A stretch of DNA of 64,000 nucleotides, taken from contig CAVUTN010000006.1 of NCBI GenBank assembly GCA_963744515.1, positions 12,280 through 76,279 on the forward strand, read 5' to 3'. A program made the translations under genes and the position numbers. Each line of letters starts with the position of its first letter. Position 1 is the first letter of the stretch. Below the pieces are notes generated by a model. That model was not told the origin of the DNA. It saw only the letters and a program-made list of their open reading frames with translations, and did no database searches. Source of the stretch: an uncultured Actinomycetes bacterium. GTDB taxonomy: Bacteria; Actinomycetota; UBA4738; HRBIN12. Shown here piece after piece: positions 9,912 through 19,222 of the stretch.

Positions 9912-10570
9912 TCCGCGCCGGACCCCCCGAACAGCACGCGTTCCGCGAACGACCCGACGGTCTCGGCGACCTCCTTCTCGCGGCGCCACAGGAAGTGGTC
10001 GGTGCCCGGCACGATCACTACCTCGGCGTTCGACATCGTCGCGCCGAGCGCCTCCAGCCGCGGACGCGGGCAGTAGACGTCGCCCTCGCCGGCGAGCAGG
10101 AGGGTGGGACGCGCGAAGCCCCGGAGCCCGGACCGTCCCGGCGTCGGCGGGATCTCGATGTCGGCGGGTTCGAGCGGCAGCCCGATGAGCGCGAGCGCGC
10201 CCACCCGCTCGTCGGTCAGGGCCTCGCGTAGCGCCACGTTCGCCCCGAACGACCACCCGCAGACGATCGTCGGGCCGTCGGCCTCCTCCCGGGCACGCCC
10301 GATCGCCGCCGCCACGTCCTTGACCTCGGTGTGACCGGCCCCGTAGGTGCCGGCGCTGCGCATCGTCCCCCGGAAGTTGAACGCGAGCACGACGGTTCCG
10401 CGTGACGCGAGCTCGTTGCGCAATGCCCACAGGATCGGGTGGTCCTTGCTCCCGCCATGACGCGGGTGCGCGTGGCAGATCACGGCCGAGCCGACCGCCG
10501 GCGTCTCGGGGTGCCGCAGCTCGCCCTCGAGGGACACGCCGTCCTCGGTCCCGAACCGCACGGGCTCCAT
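9908..10570 (-). CDS. Alpha/beta-fold hydrolase
   Basis: Intact 220-aa ORF with nucleophile elbow GWSFG, an HPRHGG oxyanion-region motif and a C-terminal PGTDHF catalytic His region. Its stop overlaps the stop of 9651..9911 in the palindrome CTAG. Confidence 0.8.
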   Translation of the reverse strand: MEPVRFGTEDGVSLEGELRHPETPAVGSAVICHAHPRHGGSKDHPILWALRNELASRGTVVLAFNFRGTMRSAGTYGAGHTEVKDVAAAIGRAREEADGPTIVCGWSFGANVALREALTDERVGALALIGLPLEPADIEIPPTPGRSGLRGFARPTLLLAGEGDVYCPRPRLEALGATMSNAEVVIVPGTDHFLWRREKEVAETVGSFAERVLFGGSGAD

Positions 10571-10580
10571 GCGTGGGACG

Positions 10581-11532
10581 ATGCCAGGCGTGACGTCGCG
10601 ACGACAACCGAGCGGAACCGGCTTCGCCCTGCGCGACGCGCTGCCTTGGAAGGAGCTCTCCCCGATCGTGCGCGCCGCCGAGCCCGCGGGCTACACGGCG
10701 GTGTTCCTGCCCGAGATCACGGGCCGCGACGCGCTCCTGACGCTCGGGATGTTCGCGGGGGAGACGCGCCGCCTGCTCCTGGGGACCGGCGTGCTCCCCA
10801 TCCGGTCCCGGACCCCGCTGTTGACCGCGATGGGCGCCGCCGCGGTGCAGGAGCGGTCGGATGGCCGCCTGATCCTCGGTCTGGGAACCGGCGACGTCGG
10901 GCCGGGCGCGCTCGACGAGCTCCGCGAGACCGTCGGGAGGGTTCGGCGCCTGCTCCGCGGCGAGGACCTCGAAGACGATGAGGACCGGCGCCGTCTCTCG
11001 CTGCCGCCCGGGCGCGAGGTGCCGATCTGGATCTCGGCGCTCGGGCCCAAGGCGATGCGGCTCGCCGGCGAGATCGCCGACGGCGTCATCCTCAACTGGT
11101 GTCCGCCGGAGCGGGTGCCGTTCGCACGCGCGCGTATCGCCGAGGGCGCCGAGGCGGCCGAGCGCGATCCGGCGCTCGGTCACGGTGGCGGTGTACGTGC
11201 GGGCGTGGGTCGGTTCTGACGAGACCGAAGCGATGTCCGCGCTCCGGGCGATGGCGGGTCGGTACGCGTCGTACCGGGCCTACCGGCGCCAGTTCGACGA
11301 GGTGGGTCTGGGGCCGCAGGCCGCGGTCGCCGGGCAGGCGCACCGTGCCGGGCGACCGGAGGACGTGCCCGAGGTGCTGGTCAGGGCCGTCTGCGTCGTG
11401 GGTGACGGGGCGCGGGACCGTCTCGAGGCGTTCCGCGAGGCGGGGGCCGACCTCCCGATCGTCTACCCGGTGGCGACCGCGGACCCCGCCGCCTCGATCC
11501 AGACCACGCTGCGGGCGCTCGCCCCGGGTTGA
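10581..11532 (+). CDS. LLM-class (luciferase-like) F420-dependent oxidoreductase, one frameshift
   Basis: ORF 10569..11219 (GFALRDALPWKELSPIVRAAEPAGYTAVFLPEITGRDAL...LILGLGTG...PIWISALGPKAMRLAGEIADGVILNW) continues in ORF 10978..11532 (VTVAVYVRAWVG...RDRLEAFREAGADLPIVYPV) after a +1 shift near 11170. The exact start is uncertain (ATG 10569, ATG 10581 or GTG 10590). Confidence 0.8.
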
Positions 11533-11547
11533 GATCCCACGCACGAC

Positions 11548-11575
11548 TTGCGCACGAGCCCGAAGGCCGTAGACT
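11548..11575 (+). promoter_or_regulatory. Candidate sigma-A-type promoter upstream of fdxA (-35 TTGCGC, 16-nt spacer, -10 TAGACT)
   Basis: TTGCGC at 11548..11553 and TAGACT (TAnnnT) at 11570..11575, about 80 nt before the fdxA ATG. The same GTAGACT heptamer recurs upstream of two other genes (38752, 41360). Confidence 0.3.
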
Positions 11576-11654
11576 AGGTTTACAAGGTCGGCACCGTGGA
11601 AACGGGGAAAACCGGGAAGCTCAGGGAACCGGAGCTCGGAGAAGGGACCAGGTC

Positions 11655-11984
11655 ATGACCTACACGATCTGCGAATCGTGCATCGACATCAAGGACAAGG
11701 CCTGCGTCGACGAGTGCCCGGTCGACTGCATCTACGAGGGACCTCGGATGCTCTACATCCACCCGGACGAGTGCGTGGACTGCGGCGCGTGCGAGCCGGT
11801 GTGTCCGGTGACGGCGATCTTCTACGAAGACGACGTCCCGGCGGAGTGGAAGCAGTTCACCCCGATCAACGCCGAGTGGTTCAACGACACGATCAGCGGG
11901 ATCGGGTCGCCGGGCGGAGCCGCCCAGGTCGGCCCGAGCAACGTGGACCATCCGGTGGTCGCCGCCTGGCCCGCCGTCGGCTGA
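11655..11984 (+). CDS. fdxA: 7Fe ferredoxin (3Fe-4S + 4Fe-4S), actinobacterial FdxA type
   Basis: MTYTICESCIDIKDKACVDECPVDCIYEGPRMLYIHPDECVDCGACEPVCPVTAIFYEDD. This is the canonical CxxCxxxxxxxCxxxCP ... CxxCxxCxxxCP layout and the TYVI-type N-terminus of FdxA. Confidence 0.93.
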   Translation: MTYTICESCIDIKDKACVDECPVDCIYEGPRMLYIHPDECVDCGACEPVCPVTAIFYEDDVPAEWKQFTPINAEWFNDTISGIGSPGGAAQVGPSNVDHPVVAAWPAVG

Positions 11985-12018
11985 CCCAACGCGAGGCTCC
12001 CCGACGTTCGGCTGAGTC

Positions 12019-14506
12019 CTACCCCGCGGTCCCGACCTCGGCGGAGGTCCGAGGGCCATCGGCGAGGTAGACGCGGAACGACGCACCCCCCGCCGGGCTC
12101 GGTCTCGACCCAGGCGCGTCCGCCCATGAGCTCGGCGAACCGGGCCACGAGCGCGAGGCCGACCCCGACGCCCGGGGCGTGCTCGGGGGCGCCCGGCCCC
12201 TGACGGAAGGGTTCGAACACGGCTTCGCGCATCCCCTCGGCGATCCCGGGCCCCTCGTCGTCGACGACGATCGTCACGCCGCCGTCCTCCGGCCGGACCC
12301 GCACCCAGACCGTCGAACCCTCCGGCGTGTACCGCGACGCGTTCGCGAGCAGGTTCTCGACGATCCGCTCGACCTTCGCGCGCGTCGACGTTCGCGTTCA
12401 CCGGCTGCAGATCCAGGCGCACCCGACCCGCGGCGGCGAGGTCCGATTCGGCGACCACCCGCCCGACGAGCTCGCTCACCTCCGTCGGGTGCAGCTTGGG
12501 CTCGACGATGCCCCGCGCGAGGCGGTCCAGATCCAAGAGGTCGGTGACCAGCCGGTCGAGCTTGCGCGCGTTCGTGGCGATCCGGGACGCGAGCTCGTGG
12601 ATCTCCTCCGACTCGAGACCGATGTCGCCGCGTTCGAGCGTGATCGCGAGGCCGAGGATCGCGGCGAGCGGGGTCCGCAGGTCGTGGGAGACCGCCTGCA
12701 GGAAGGTGTTCTTCATCTCGTCGACGGCCCGGAGTCGCTGCGTGGCGTCGCGTTCGACGGTGAGGGCCCGCGCGACCTTCTGCTCGGCCTCCTTGCGTTC
12801 GGTGATGTCCAGCATGAAGCCCTGCCAGTAGCGACGATCCTCGGACTCGATCAGCGTCGCGACGTCTTGGACCCAGACCGTCCGGCCGTCCCGGTGGAGC
12901 ATCCGGTACTCGAGCGAGAAGTCGTCGCCGCTCACGTTGGTGTCGCGATCGGCCCCACGAACCCGTTCCCGGTCGTCCGGGTGGATCAGCCGCGTCCACA
13001 GGGCGGGGTCGGCCTGGACCTCCTCGGCGGTGTAGCCGATCAGAGCCTCGTTGGCGGGGGACAGGTACGTGGTCACCGACTCGCCGGTGGCCGGGTCGAT
13101 CTCCTGCACGTAGATCAGGAGCGGGCTGCGTTCGACGAGCAGCCGGTAGCGCTCCTCGGTCTCGGCGAGGCGGTTCTCGGCTTCCTTGCGTTCGGTGATG
13201 TCGAGCATGAACCCTTGCCAGAAGCCCGAGCCGTCGGGCCGCCGGACGAGCGTGGACTCGTCGTGGATCCAGAGGTAGGTGCCGTCGGCCTTGAGGAAGC
13301 GGTACTCCGCGACGAAGGGCAACCCCGTACGGTTGGTTTCCTGGTCGACCGCGAGGACGCGTTCCCGGTCGTCCGGGATGCACCCGGTCGCTCCAGAACC
13401 GAGGCGTCCAGGTCCATTCCTCCGGCGAGTAGCCGAAGACCTCGGTGACCTGCGGGCTGATGTAGAAGTCCTCGGGCGTGGCCACGAGCGCCTCGCGGTA
13501 GGTCACGGCCGGCAGGTGCTCGACGAGGGCTCGGAACTGCTCCTCGGCCTCCCGCAGGCGCGCCTCGGCCATCTTGGCCTCGGTGATGTCGACCATCACG
13601 CCCTGCCACATCTTGGGTTCGCCGCGTTCGTCGTTGATCAGTACGGACTCGTCCCGGAACCAGACCACGCGGCCGTCCGAGGCGATCATCCGGTACTCCT
13701 GCCGGTACGGCTCGCCCGAGCGGTTCGTGCGCTCGCTCTCGCGCACGACGGCGTCGCGATCGTCCGGGTGCACGATCCCGGCCCAGAACCCCGGGATCTC
13801 CGCCCAGTCGCGCGCCGAGTAGCCCGAGGATGCGTTCCACCTGGGGGCTCACGTACAGGACCGAGCCACTCACGTCGTACCCCTTGGAGATGTGTTCCTG
13901 GTACGTGATCGCCGGCGTGGTCTCCACGATCGACCGGTAGGTGGCCTCGGCCTCGCGGAGCTTGGCCTCCGCTCGCTCGCGGTCGATCGCCGCCGCGAGG
14001 GTCCCGCCCGCGGCTCGCAGGACGTCGATCTCGACCTGCGGCCACTCCCGTTCGTTCACGCAGTCGTCGAACCCGATGTACCCCCACCAGGTGCCCGAGA
14101 CCACGACGGGGACGAGCAGCACCGAACGGATCCCGTGGGGCTCGAGCCGGCGGCGTTCGGAAGGCGGGAATGCCCGCACGGGTCCCCCGACGACCTCCCC
14201 GCGGGAGAGGATCTCCACCCACCGTTCGAGGTCCTCGAACCCGAGCTCGTCGCCGACCTGGAACGAGCTCGCGACGCCGGGCGCCAGCCAGAACGATCGC
14301 AGGACGGTCGTCGGCGGCTCGCCGGTCCGGTTTTCGAGCACGTAGGCGCGCGAGACGCCGACGGCCTCGCCCAGCCGCCCGAGGATCTCGTCGATGCTCT
14401 GGACCCACGAGGGTTGTTCGAGGAACCGCTGAGCGGCGAAGGCCAGCGCCTCGAGCATCTCGTCGCGCCGGACCGCGGCCTCCGATGACGCCTTCGCCGT
14501 GTCCAT
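12019..14506 (-). CDS. Sensor histidine kinase with an N-terminal GAF-like domain, three PAS domains, HisKA and HATPase_c (four +1 frameshifts)
   Basis: Assembled from ORFs 13115..14506, 12274..13773, 11580..13322 and 11822..12304 (all minus strand). It has three repeats of the pattern xHPDDRxxV...YRMxxxDGxxxWxxDxxxL....WQGxMxDITExK. H-box FLQAVSHDLRTPLAAI; G-boxes DDEGPGI and GVGVGLALV. Shifts at ~13830, ~13370, ~12390 and ~12085 (a G run). Stop TAG at 12019. Confidence 0.88.
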
Positions 14507-14569
14507 CCCTCAGAGCCTCCGGGCCTGTGGGGCCTCCCGGGCGTGCCGGGTCGCCGTCGCCTGTTCCGA

Positions 14570-15748
14570 TTATCGGTCGCGCAACCGCTCGGCGTTGAGG
14601 AACCGCCGAACAGGGTGCCTACGTGCTCTCGAGGCGGTCGGGGCGGGGATCTCGCCCGGGGCACCCCAGGGGGTTTCGCCCCAACGAGCCCTCGACTTCG
14701 CGGCCAGCTTCGACATCAGCGAGATCGCGGCGGGGTCCTCCGACCCCGGTCGCCACTCGACGACGCCGTCCGCTACGGCGCGATCCCACAGGTCGCGGCC
14801 TTTGTCGGTGCGGATGATCGTCAGCGTCCAGCCGTCGCTCTGCCCGAGCCCGCCGAACGAGATGTCCGCGTGCTCGGCCGCGAAGTCCGGGCACCGCAGG
14901 CAGCCCGGGCGTGTGAACTCGTGGGCCTGCTTCAGCGAGTAGGTGACCTCCTCGCCGTCCTGCGTATAGAAGAGCAGCTTGCCCTTCACGTTCACCCGGA
15001 CGAGGTCGTCGAGCTCGAGCCCCAGCCGGTTCTGCGCGATCTCGACCATCAGGCCGTCGTACGTGAAGCTCTTCGAGCACAGGAGTCCGAACGTCCAGTT
15101 GATCTTCTTCGCCCACTTGTTGACCCGTCGGGCCGCCATCGAGCCCGTCACGCTCGCCTGGCACGACATCCCGACGAGCGCCACCTTCGAGAGCCCCATC
15201 TCGGCGGCCTTGATGAGGGCGAGCGGGTTCGCCGAATAGGTGTAGCGGGACCCGGCCGTCGCGAGCACCCCCTCCGCGTCGGTGACGACCGTGGGCTCGG
15301 CGTCCCACTCCCGTTCGTCCGAGAGCTTCGAGGTGAGGGCGCCGTCGATCTCGCCCGTACGCAGACCCCAGATCAGCAGCGCCGACACGACACCGCCGTC
15401 CTGGCCGTGCATAAGCGCCTCGGGCAGCGTGCCGCGCGCCAGGACGATGTCCTGGTACTGGCCGATCACCTCCTCCGGCTTGCGGGTCTGGCCGAACAGG
15501 AGCTGGTCGATCTCGGACTCCCATTCTCGGAAGCGGGGGCACGCCAGGGTGCAGAGCGAGCATCCTCGGTCGCCGTGGGCGCACGCGTCCGGACCGTCCT
15601 CCTGGAGCTGGACGGGGACGTCGTCCTCGTAGCCGAGGACGTGGAACGGACACGCCACGATGCACGCGGTGCATCCGGTGCACAGCCCCGTGAGGACGAC
15701 CTCGTTGTAGAGGTCGCGCCACTGGGTCTTGTCGGCGCTGCTCGGCAT
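14570..15748 (-). CDS. Coenzyme F420 hydrogenase/dehydrogenase beta-subunit family protein (FrhB/FpoF-like) with an N-terminal 2x[4Fe-4S] ferredoxin motif
   Basis: ORF 14570..15802(-). It has [12 protein letters not shown] and CSLCTLACP cluster motifs, then [33 protein letters not shown] and FGLLCSKSF, typical of FrhB_N/FrhB_C. I prefer ATG 15748 ([10 protein letters not shown]) over 15802. Confidence 0.8.
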   Translation of the reverse strand: MPSSADKTQWRDLYNEVVLTGLCTGCTACIVACPFHVLGYEDDVPVQLQEDGPDACAHGDRGCSLCTLACPRFREWESEIDQLLFGQTRKPEEVIGQYQDIVLARGTLPEALMHGQDGGVVSALLIWGLRTGEIDGALTSKLSDEREWDAEPTVVTDAEGVLATAGSRYTYSANPLALIKAAEMGLSKVALVGMSCQASVTGSMAARRVNKWAKKINWTFGLLCSKSFTYDGLMVEIAQNRLGLELDDLVRVNVKGKLLFYTQDGEEVTYSLKQAHEFTRPGCLRCPDFAAEHADISFGGLGQSDGWTLTIIRTDKGRDLWDRAVADGVVEWRPGSEDPAAISLMSKLAAKSRARWGETPWGAPGEIPAPTASRARRHPVRRFLNAERLRDR

Positions 15749-15858
15749 CCGACCGAAGTATAGGAGCAGACGTCCGAGAGCCCGGTCGATAGGCCCGGCC
15801 ACCTTTCGGGGCGGTGTGGGCTAGGCTGGCCGACGGACGTCGAGGACGGAGGTGGAGG

Positions 15859-16263
15859 ATGACGAAGGCGAAGTGGGTCCGGCTGGTGGCCGGGCTCTTC
15901 GTGCTCTCGCTCGTCGTGGCCGCGTGCAGCAGCGACGACGACGGCGGCGGCACGACCGCGACGACCGGGGGCGCGACCGGCAGCACCGCGGCGACCGGTT
16001 CGACCGGCGGCGGCGGCGGCGGGACGACCATCACGATCGCCGGGTTCGCGTTCGATCCGGACACGATCACCGTGTCCGGCCCGACCGAGGTCACGGTCAC
16101 GAACGAGGACAGCGCGACCCATACGTTCACGCTCGACGACGGCAGCGTGGACGAGACGGTCGAGCCCGGCGCGACGGTGACCGTGACGGTCGACGTGTCC
16201 GCGGCCACCGGCTTCCACTGCAACATCCATCCGCAGATGACGGGACAGATCGAGGTCTCGTAG
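15859..16263 (+). CDS. Lipoprotein cupredoxin (type-1 copper, amicyanin-like ligand loop)
   Basis: MTKAKWVRLVAGLFVLSLVVAACSS has the lipobox VAAC. A Gly/Thr-rich linker follows, then a cupredoxin fold with ligands His (SATHTF) and C-N-I-H-P-Q-M (C-x2-H-x2-M). RBS GGAGG lies before the ATG at 15859. Confidence 0.8.
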   Translation: MTKAKWVRLVAGLFVLSLVVAACSSDDDGGGTTATTGGATGSTAATGSTGGGGGGTTITIAGFAFDPDTITVSGPTEVTVTNEDSATHTFTLDDGSVDETVEPGATVTVTVDVSAATGFHCNIHPQMTGQIEVS

Positions 16264-16288
16264 CGGGCGGACCCGCGTCAGACGGAGT

Positions 16289-16633
16289 TCAAACCGAGAA
16301 CGAGTCGCCGCAGGCGCACTCGTGCGTGGCGCGGGGGTTCAGCATCTTGAGGCCGCCACCGAGGAGCGCGTCGTTGAACTCGAGGGTCGAACCCTCGACG
16401 ATCGGCGCGCTCCGGCGGTCCACCAGCACCCGAACGCCATCCGCCGCAGGGATCACGTGGTCCTCCCCTTCGGGGGCGTCCGCGAAGGAGAGCTCGTAGG
16501 AGAAGCCGGAGCACCCACCGGCGACCACCCGGACGCGGAGCACCGGGTCGGTCCGTCCCTCCTTGGCGGCGAGCTGCCGGATCTTGCCGGCGGCCCGATC
16601 TGTCACCGTGATCACCGTGGCGGTCTGTTCCAT
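16289..16633 (-). CDS. HesB/IscA/ErpA-family iron-sulfur cluster insertion protein
   Basis: MEQTATVITVTDRAAGKIRQLAAKEG...LRVRVVAGGCSGFSYELSF...ACGDSFSV. The conserved Cys-x(n)-Cys-Gly-Cys-type C-terminus (CACGDSF) is diagnostic of A-type carriers. Confidence 0.88.
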   Translation of the reverse strand: MEQTATVITVTDRAAGKIRQLAAKEGRTDPVLRVRVVAGGCSGFSYELSFADAPEGEDHVIPAADGVRVLVDRRSAPIVEGSTLEFNDALLGGGLKMLNPRATHECACGDSFSV

Positions 16634-16659
16634 GACCTCCAGGATACCCCGCGCTCGGG

Positions 16660-18027
16660 TCACGGACGCTCGGCGAGGCCAAGGAAGGCGCCCTTCACGC
16701 TCTCGGACAGCGTGGGGTATGCGTGGATCGCATCCCCGACCGCCGACGTGGGTACACGGCCGGACATCGCCGCGACGACCTCGTGGATCATGGCCCCGGC
16801 CTCCTCACCCACGATGTGACCCCCGAGGAGCTCGCCCGAGCGCGCGTCGGCCACCAGCTTCACCAGCCCGAACGCGCTCCCGTCGATGTCCGAACGCTCG
16901 TTGTCGGCGAACCTGCTGACCGCGGTGCGGACCTCGCGGCCGGCGTCGCGCGCGGCGCGCTCGGTCAGCCCGACGCTCGCGACCTCCGGATCGCAGAACG
17001 TGACGCGCGGGACCACGCGGTAGTCGCGCGCGCGCGGCGTGCCGAGGATGTCGTCGATCACGATCTCGGCCTCGTACGAGCCGACGTGGGTGAACAGGAG
17101 CTCCCCGGTCGCGTCGCCCGCCGCCCACACGTTCGGGGCCGTGGTGCGCAGGGTCTCGGACAGCACCGGCCGCCCGCGATCGTCGAGCTCCATGCCGACC
17201 GCATCGAGGTCGTGGCCGTCGAACACCGGCCGCCGACCCGCGGCGACCAGGAGCGCCTCGGTCTGCAGGGTCGTTCCACCGGCGAGCGAGATCGTCCATC
17301 CGCGGCCGTCGTGCTCGGCCCGTTCGATCGTGCTCGCCGGCAGGAGCCGGATCCCCTCCTCCTCGAACGCGGGAGCGAGCGCCGCGGCGGTGTCCTCGTC
17401 CTCGTGGGGCAGGATCTGCGGGAGCACCTCGATCGCGGTGACCGCCGTGCCGAACCGCGCGTAGATCTGCGCGAACTCGATGCCGATCGCGCCGGTGCCG
17501 ATCACCGCGAGTGAGGCCGGCGGGGCGTCCGGTCCCCAGATCGCCTCCCGGTTCGTCCAGTACGGCCCGTCGGCCAGTCCCGGGATCGGCGGCAGGGCGG
17601 TCTCGGTGCCGGTGGTGAAGACGATCCGGTCGGCCTCGAGCTCCGTCCCGTCCTCGAGCTCGATCCGGCGCTCGGCGGCCAGGTGCGCCTGCTGGAGGAA
17701 CACCGAGATCCCCACGTCCTCGAACGGCCTCGCGCCCTCGCCGGAGCTGGCGTCGATCACCTCGTGGGCTCGGCGCTGGATCGCCGGCAGGTCGACCTCG
17801 ACCGAGGGGATGCGCAGGCCGAACCTCGAGGCGTCCCTCGCGAGCCGGGCGATCTTGGCGCTCCGGAGCATCACCTTGGTCGGGATGCAGCCGTAGTGGC
17901 TGCATTCGCCGCCGAGCTTGTCGCGCTCGGCGATCGCGACGCGGAGGTCCGACCGCTGCGCGATCTGGAAGGCGAGCTCGGAACCGGTCCCGCCGCCGCC
18001 GATCACGAAGACGTCGAACCGCTCCAT
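16660..18027 (-). CDS. Class-I pyridine nucleotide-disulfide oxidoreductase (dihydrolipoamide/mercuric/mycothione reductase-like flavoprotein)
   Basis: MERFDVFVIGGGGTGSELA (FAD GxGxxG), redox-active disulfide GGECSHYGCIPTK, NAD motif AVIGTGAIGIEFA, WAAGDATG, and the C-terminal dimerisation/His-Glu region HAYPTLSE. The ATG at 18027 overlaps the upstream stop (TGATG). Confidence 0.85.
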   Translation of the reverse strand: MERFDVFVIGGGGTGSELAFQIAQRSDLRVAIAERDKLGGECSHYGCIPTKVMLRSAKIARLARDASRFGLRIPSVEVDLPAIQRRAHEVIDASSGEGARPFEDVGISVFLQQAHLAAERRIELEDGTELEADRIVFTTGTETALPPIPGLADGPYWTNREAIWGPDAPPASLAVIGTGAIGIEFAQIYARFGTAVTAIEVLPQILPHEDEDTAAALAPAFEEEGIRLLPASTIERAEHDGRGWTISLAGGTTLQTEALLVAAGRRPVFDGHDLDAVGMELDDRGRPVLSETLRTTAPNVWAAGDATGELLFTHVGSYEAEIVIDDILGTPRARDYRVVPRVTFCDPEVASVGLTERAARDAGREVRTAVSRFADNERSDIDGSAFGLVKLVADARSGELLGGHIVGEEAGAMIHEVVAAMSGRVPTSAVGDAIHAYPTLSESVKGAFLGLAERP

Positions 18028-19214
18028 CACGAACCGTCGAGGAACCGCGTGAACACCCGCGCATAGATGCGTGCCGCGGCCACGAGCTGGGCGATCTCGA
18101 CCGACTCGTTCGCGGTGTGGGCCACACCGAGGGAGCCCGGTCCGAGGATGATCGTCGGGATGCTCCGCTCGTTCAGGTAGAAGCGTGCGTCGGTGATGCC
18201 GGTGAACCCCGTGTCGAGCGGCGCGCGTCCGGTCTCCTCCCGCACGGCGGTCCGGCAGAGATCCGCGATCGCCGGGTCCCCGCTGACCTCGGCCGCGTCG
18301 GTCCACTGCCTGAGCGCGAACGACAGGTCGACGTCCGGGTGCTCGGTCCGGATCGCGTCCGCGAGCCGGTCGAACGGCTCGAGCACCTCCTCGGGCTCCG
18401 TTTCGCCCGGGATGATCCGGCGGTCGATCTCAACGACGCAGCGGTCGGCCACGACGTTGGGGGCGCTGCCGCCCTGGATGATCGCCGCGTTCACCGTCGG
18501 TCGCCCGACGAGCGGATGCTCGAGGTCGGGCAGGACCTCCTCGATCCGGAGCAGGAACCGCGCCATCGAGGTGATCGCGCTCACGCCGAGCTGCGGGGTG
18601 GAGCCGTGCGCGGCCTTGCCGCGAGCGGTGGCGGTGATCCACGCGCCGCCGCGTTCGGCCAGGGCCAGGTTCAGGTCCGTCGCCTCGCCGACGATGGCCG
18701 CGTCCTGATCGAGGTAGCCGCGTTCGAACAGGACCTTGGTCCCGTGCAGGCCGGCGAGCTCCTCGTCGGCCGCGAGGTGGAGATCGAGCCGACCCGCGAG
18801 CTCGACGCCCGAGCGACGGATCGCCGAGACCGCGGCCAGCGCGCTCGCGATGCCGCCCTTCATGTCCGCCGCGCCCCGACCGATCAGCGCGCCGTCGACG
18901 ACCTCTGCGCCGAACGGTGGATGCCGCCACGCCGAGGGGTCGCCGGCCGGGACGACGTCGAGGTGGCCGTTCCACGCGAGCGCCGGCCGGTCGCCGTTCC
19001 CGAACCGCGCGACGACGCTCGGGCGTCCCTCGTCGCCGCGGACGATCTCGGGCTTCCCGCCGAACTCCTCGAGGATCTCCACCGCGACGGCGGCGACGGC
19101 GTCCTCGGTGCCGCCCGGGTTCTCGCTCGGCGTGGTGATGAGCCTGCGCGCGAACCCCAGGACCTCGTCCGGGTCCACCCGCTCGACGACGGCGGAGACC
19201 GCCTCACTTACCAT
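18027..19214 (-). CDS. M20-family metallopeptidase (ArgE/DapE/succinyl-diaminopimelate desuccinylase-like)
   Basis: MVSEAVSAVVERVDPDEV... with HLDVVPAG, GRGAADMKGG, ADEELAG and ERGGAW motifs of M20 dimetal hydrolases. ATG at 19214 lies within ORF 18027..19280(-). Confidence 0.85.
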   Translation of the reverse strand: MVSEAVSAVVERVDPDEVLGFARRLITTPSENPGGTEDAVAAVAVEILEEFGGKPEIVRGDEGRPSVVARFGNGDRPALAWNGHLDVVPAGDPSAWRHPPFGAEVVDGALIGRGAADMKGGIASALAAVSAIRRSGVELAGRLDLHLAADEELAGLHGTKVLFERGYLDQDAAIVGEATDLNLALAERGGAWITATARGKAAHGSTPQLGVSAITSMARFLLRIEEVLPDLEHPLVGRPTVNAAIIQGGSAPNVVADRCVVEIDRRIIPGETEPEEVLEPFDRLADAIRTEHPDVDLSFALRQWTDAAEVSGDPAIADLCRTAVREETGRAPLDTGFTGITDARFYLNERSIPTIILGPGSLGVAHTANESVEIAQLVAAARIYARVFTRFLDGS

Positions 19215-19222
19215 GGCGGCGA

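Noticed and set aside
16263-16276. A short hairpin (GCGGG-CGGA-CCCGC) between the cupredoxin gene and the ErpA-like gene.
   Set aside because: The stem is only 5 bp. In a 70% GC genome such stems arise by chance, so I did not call it a terminator.
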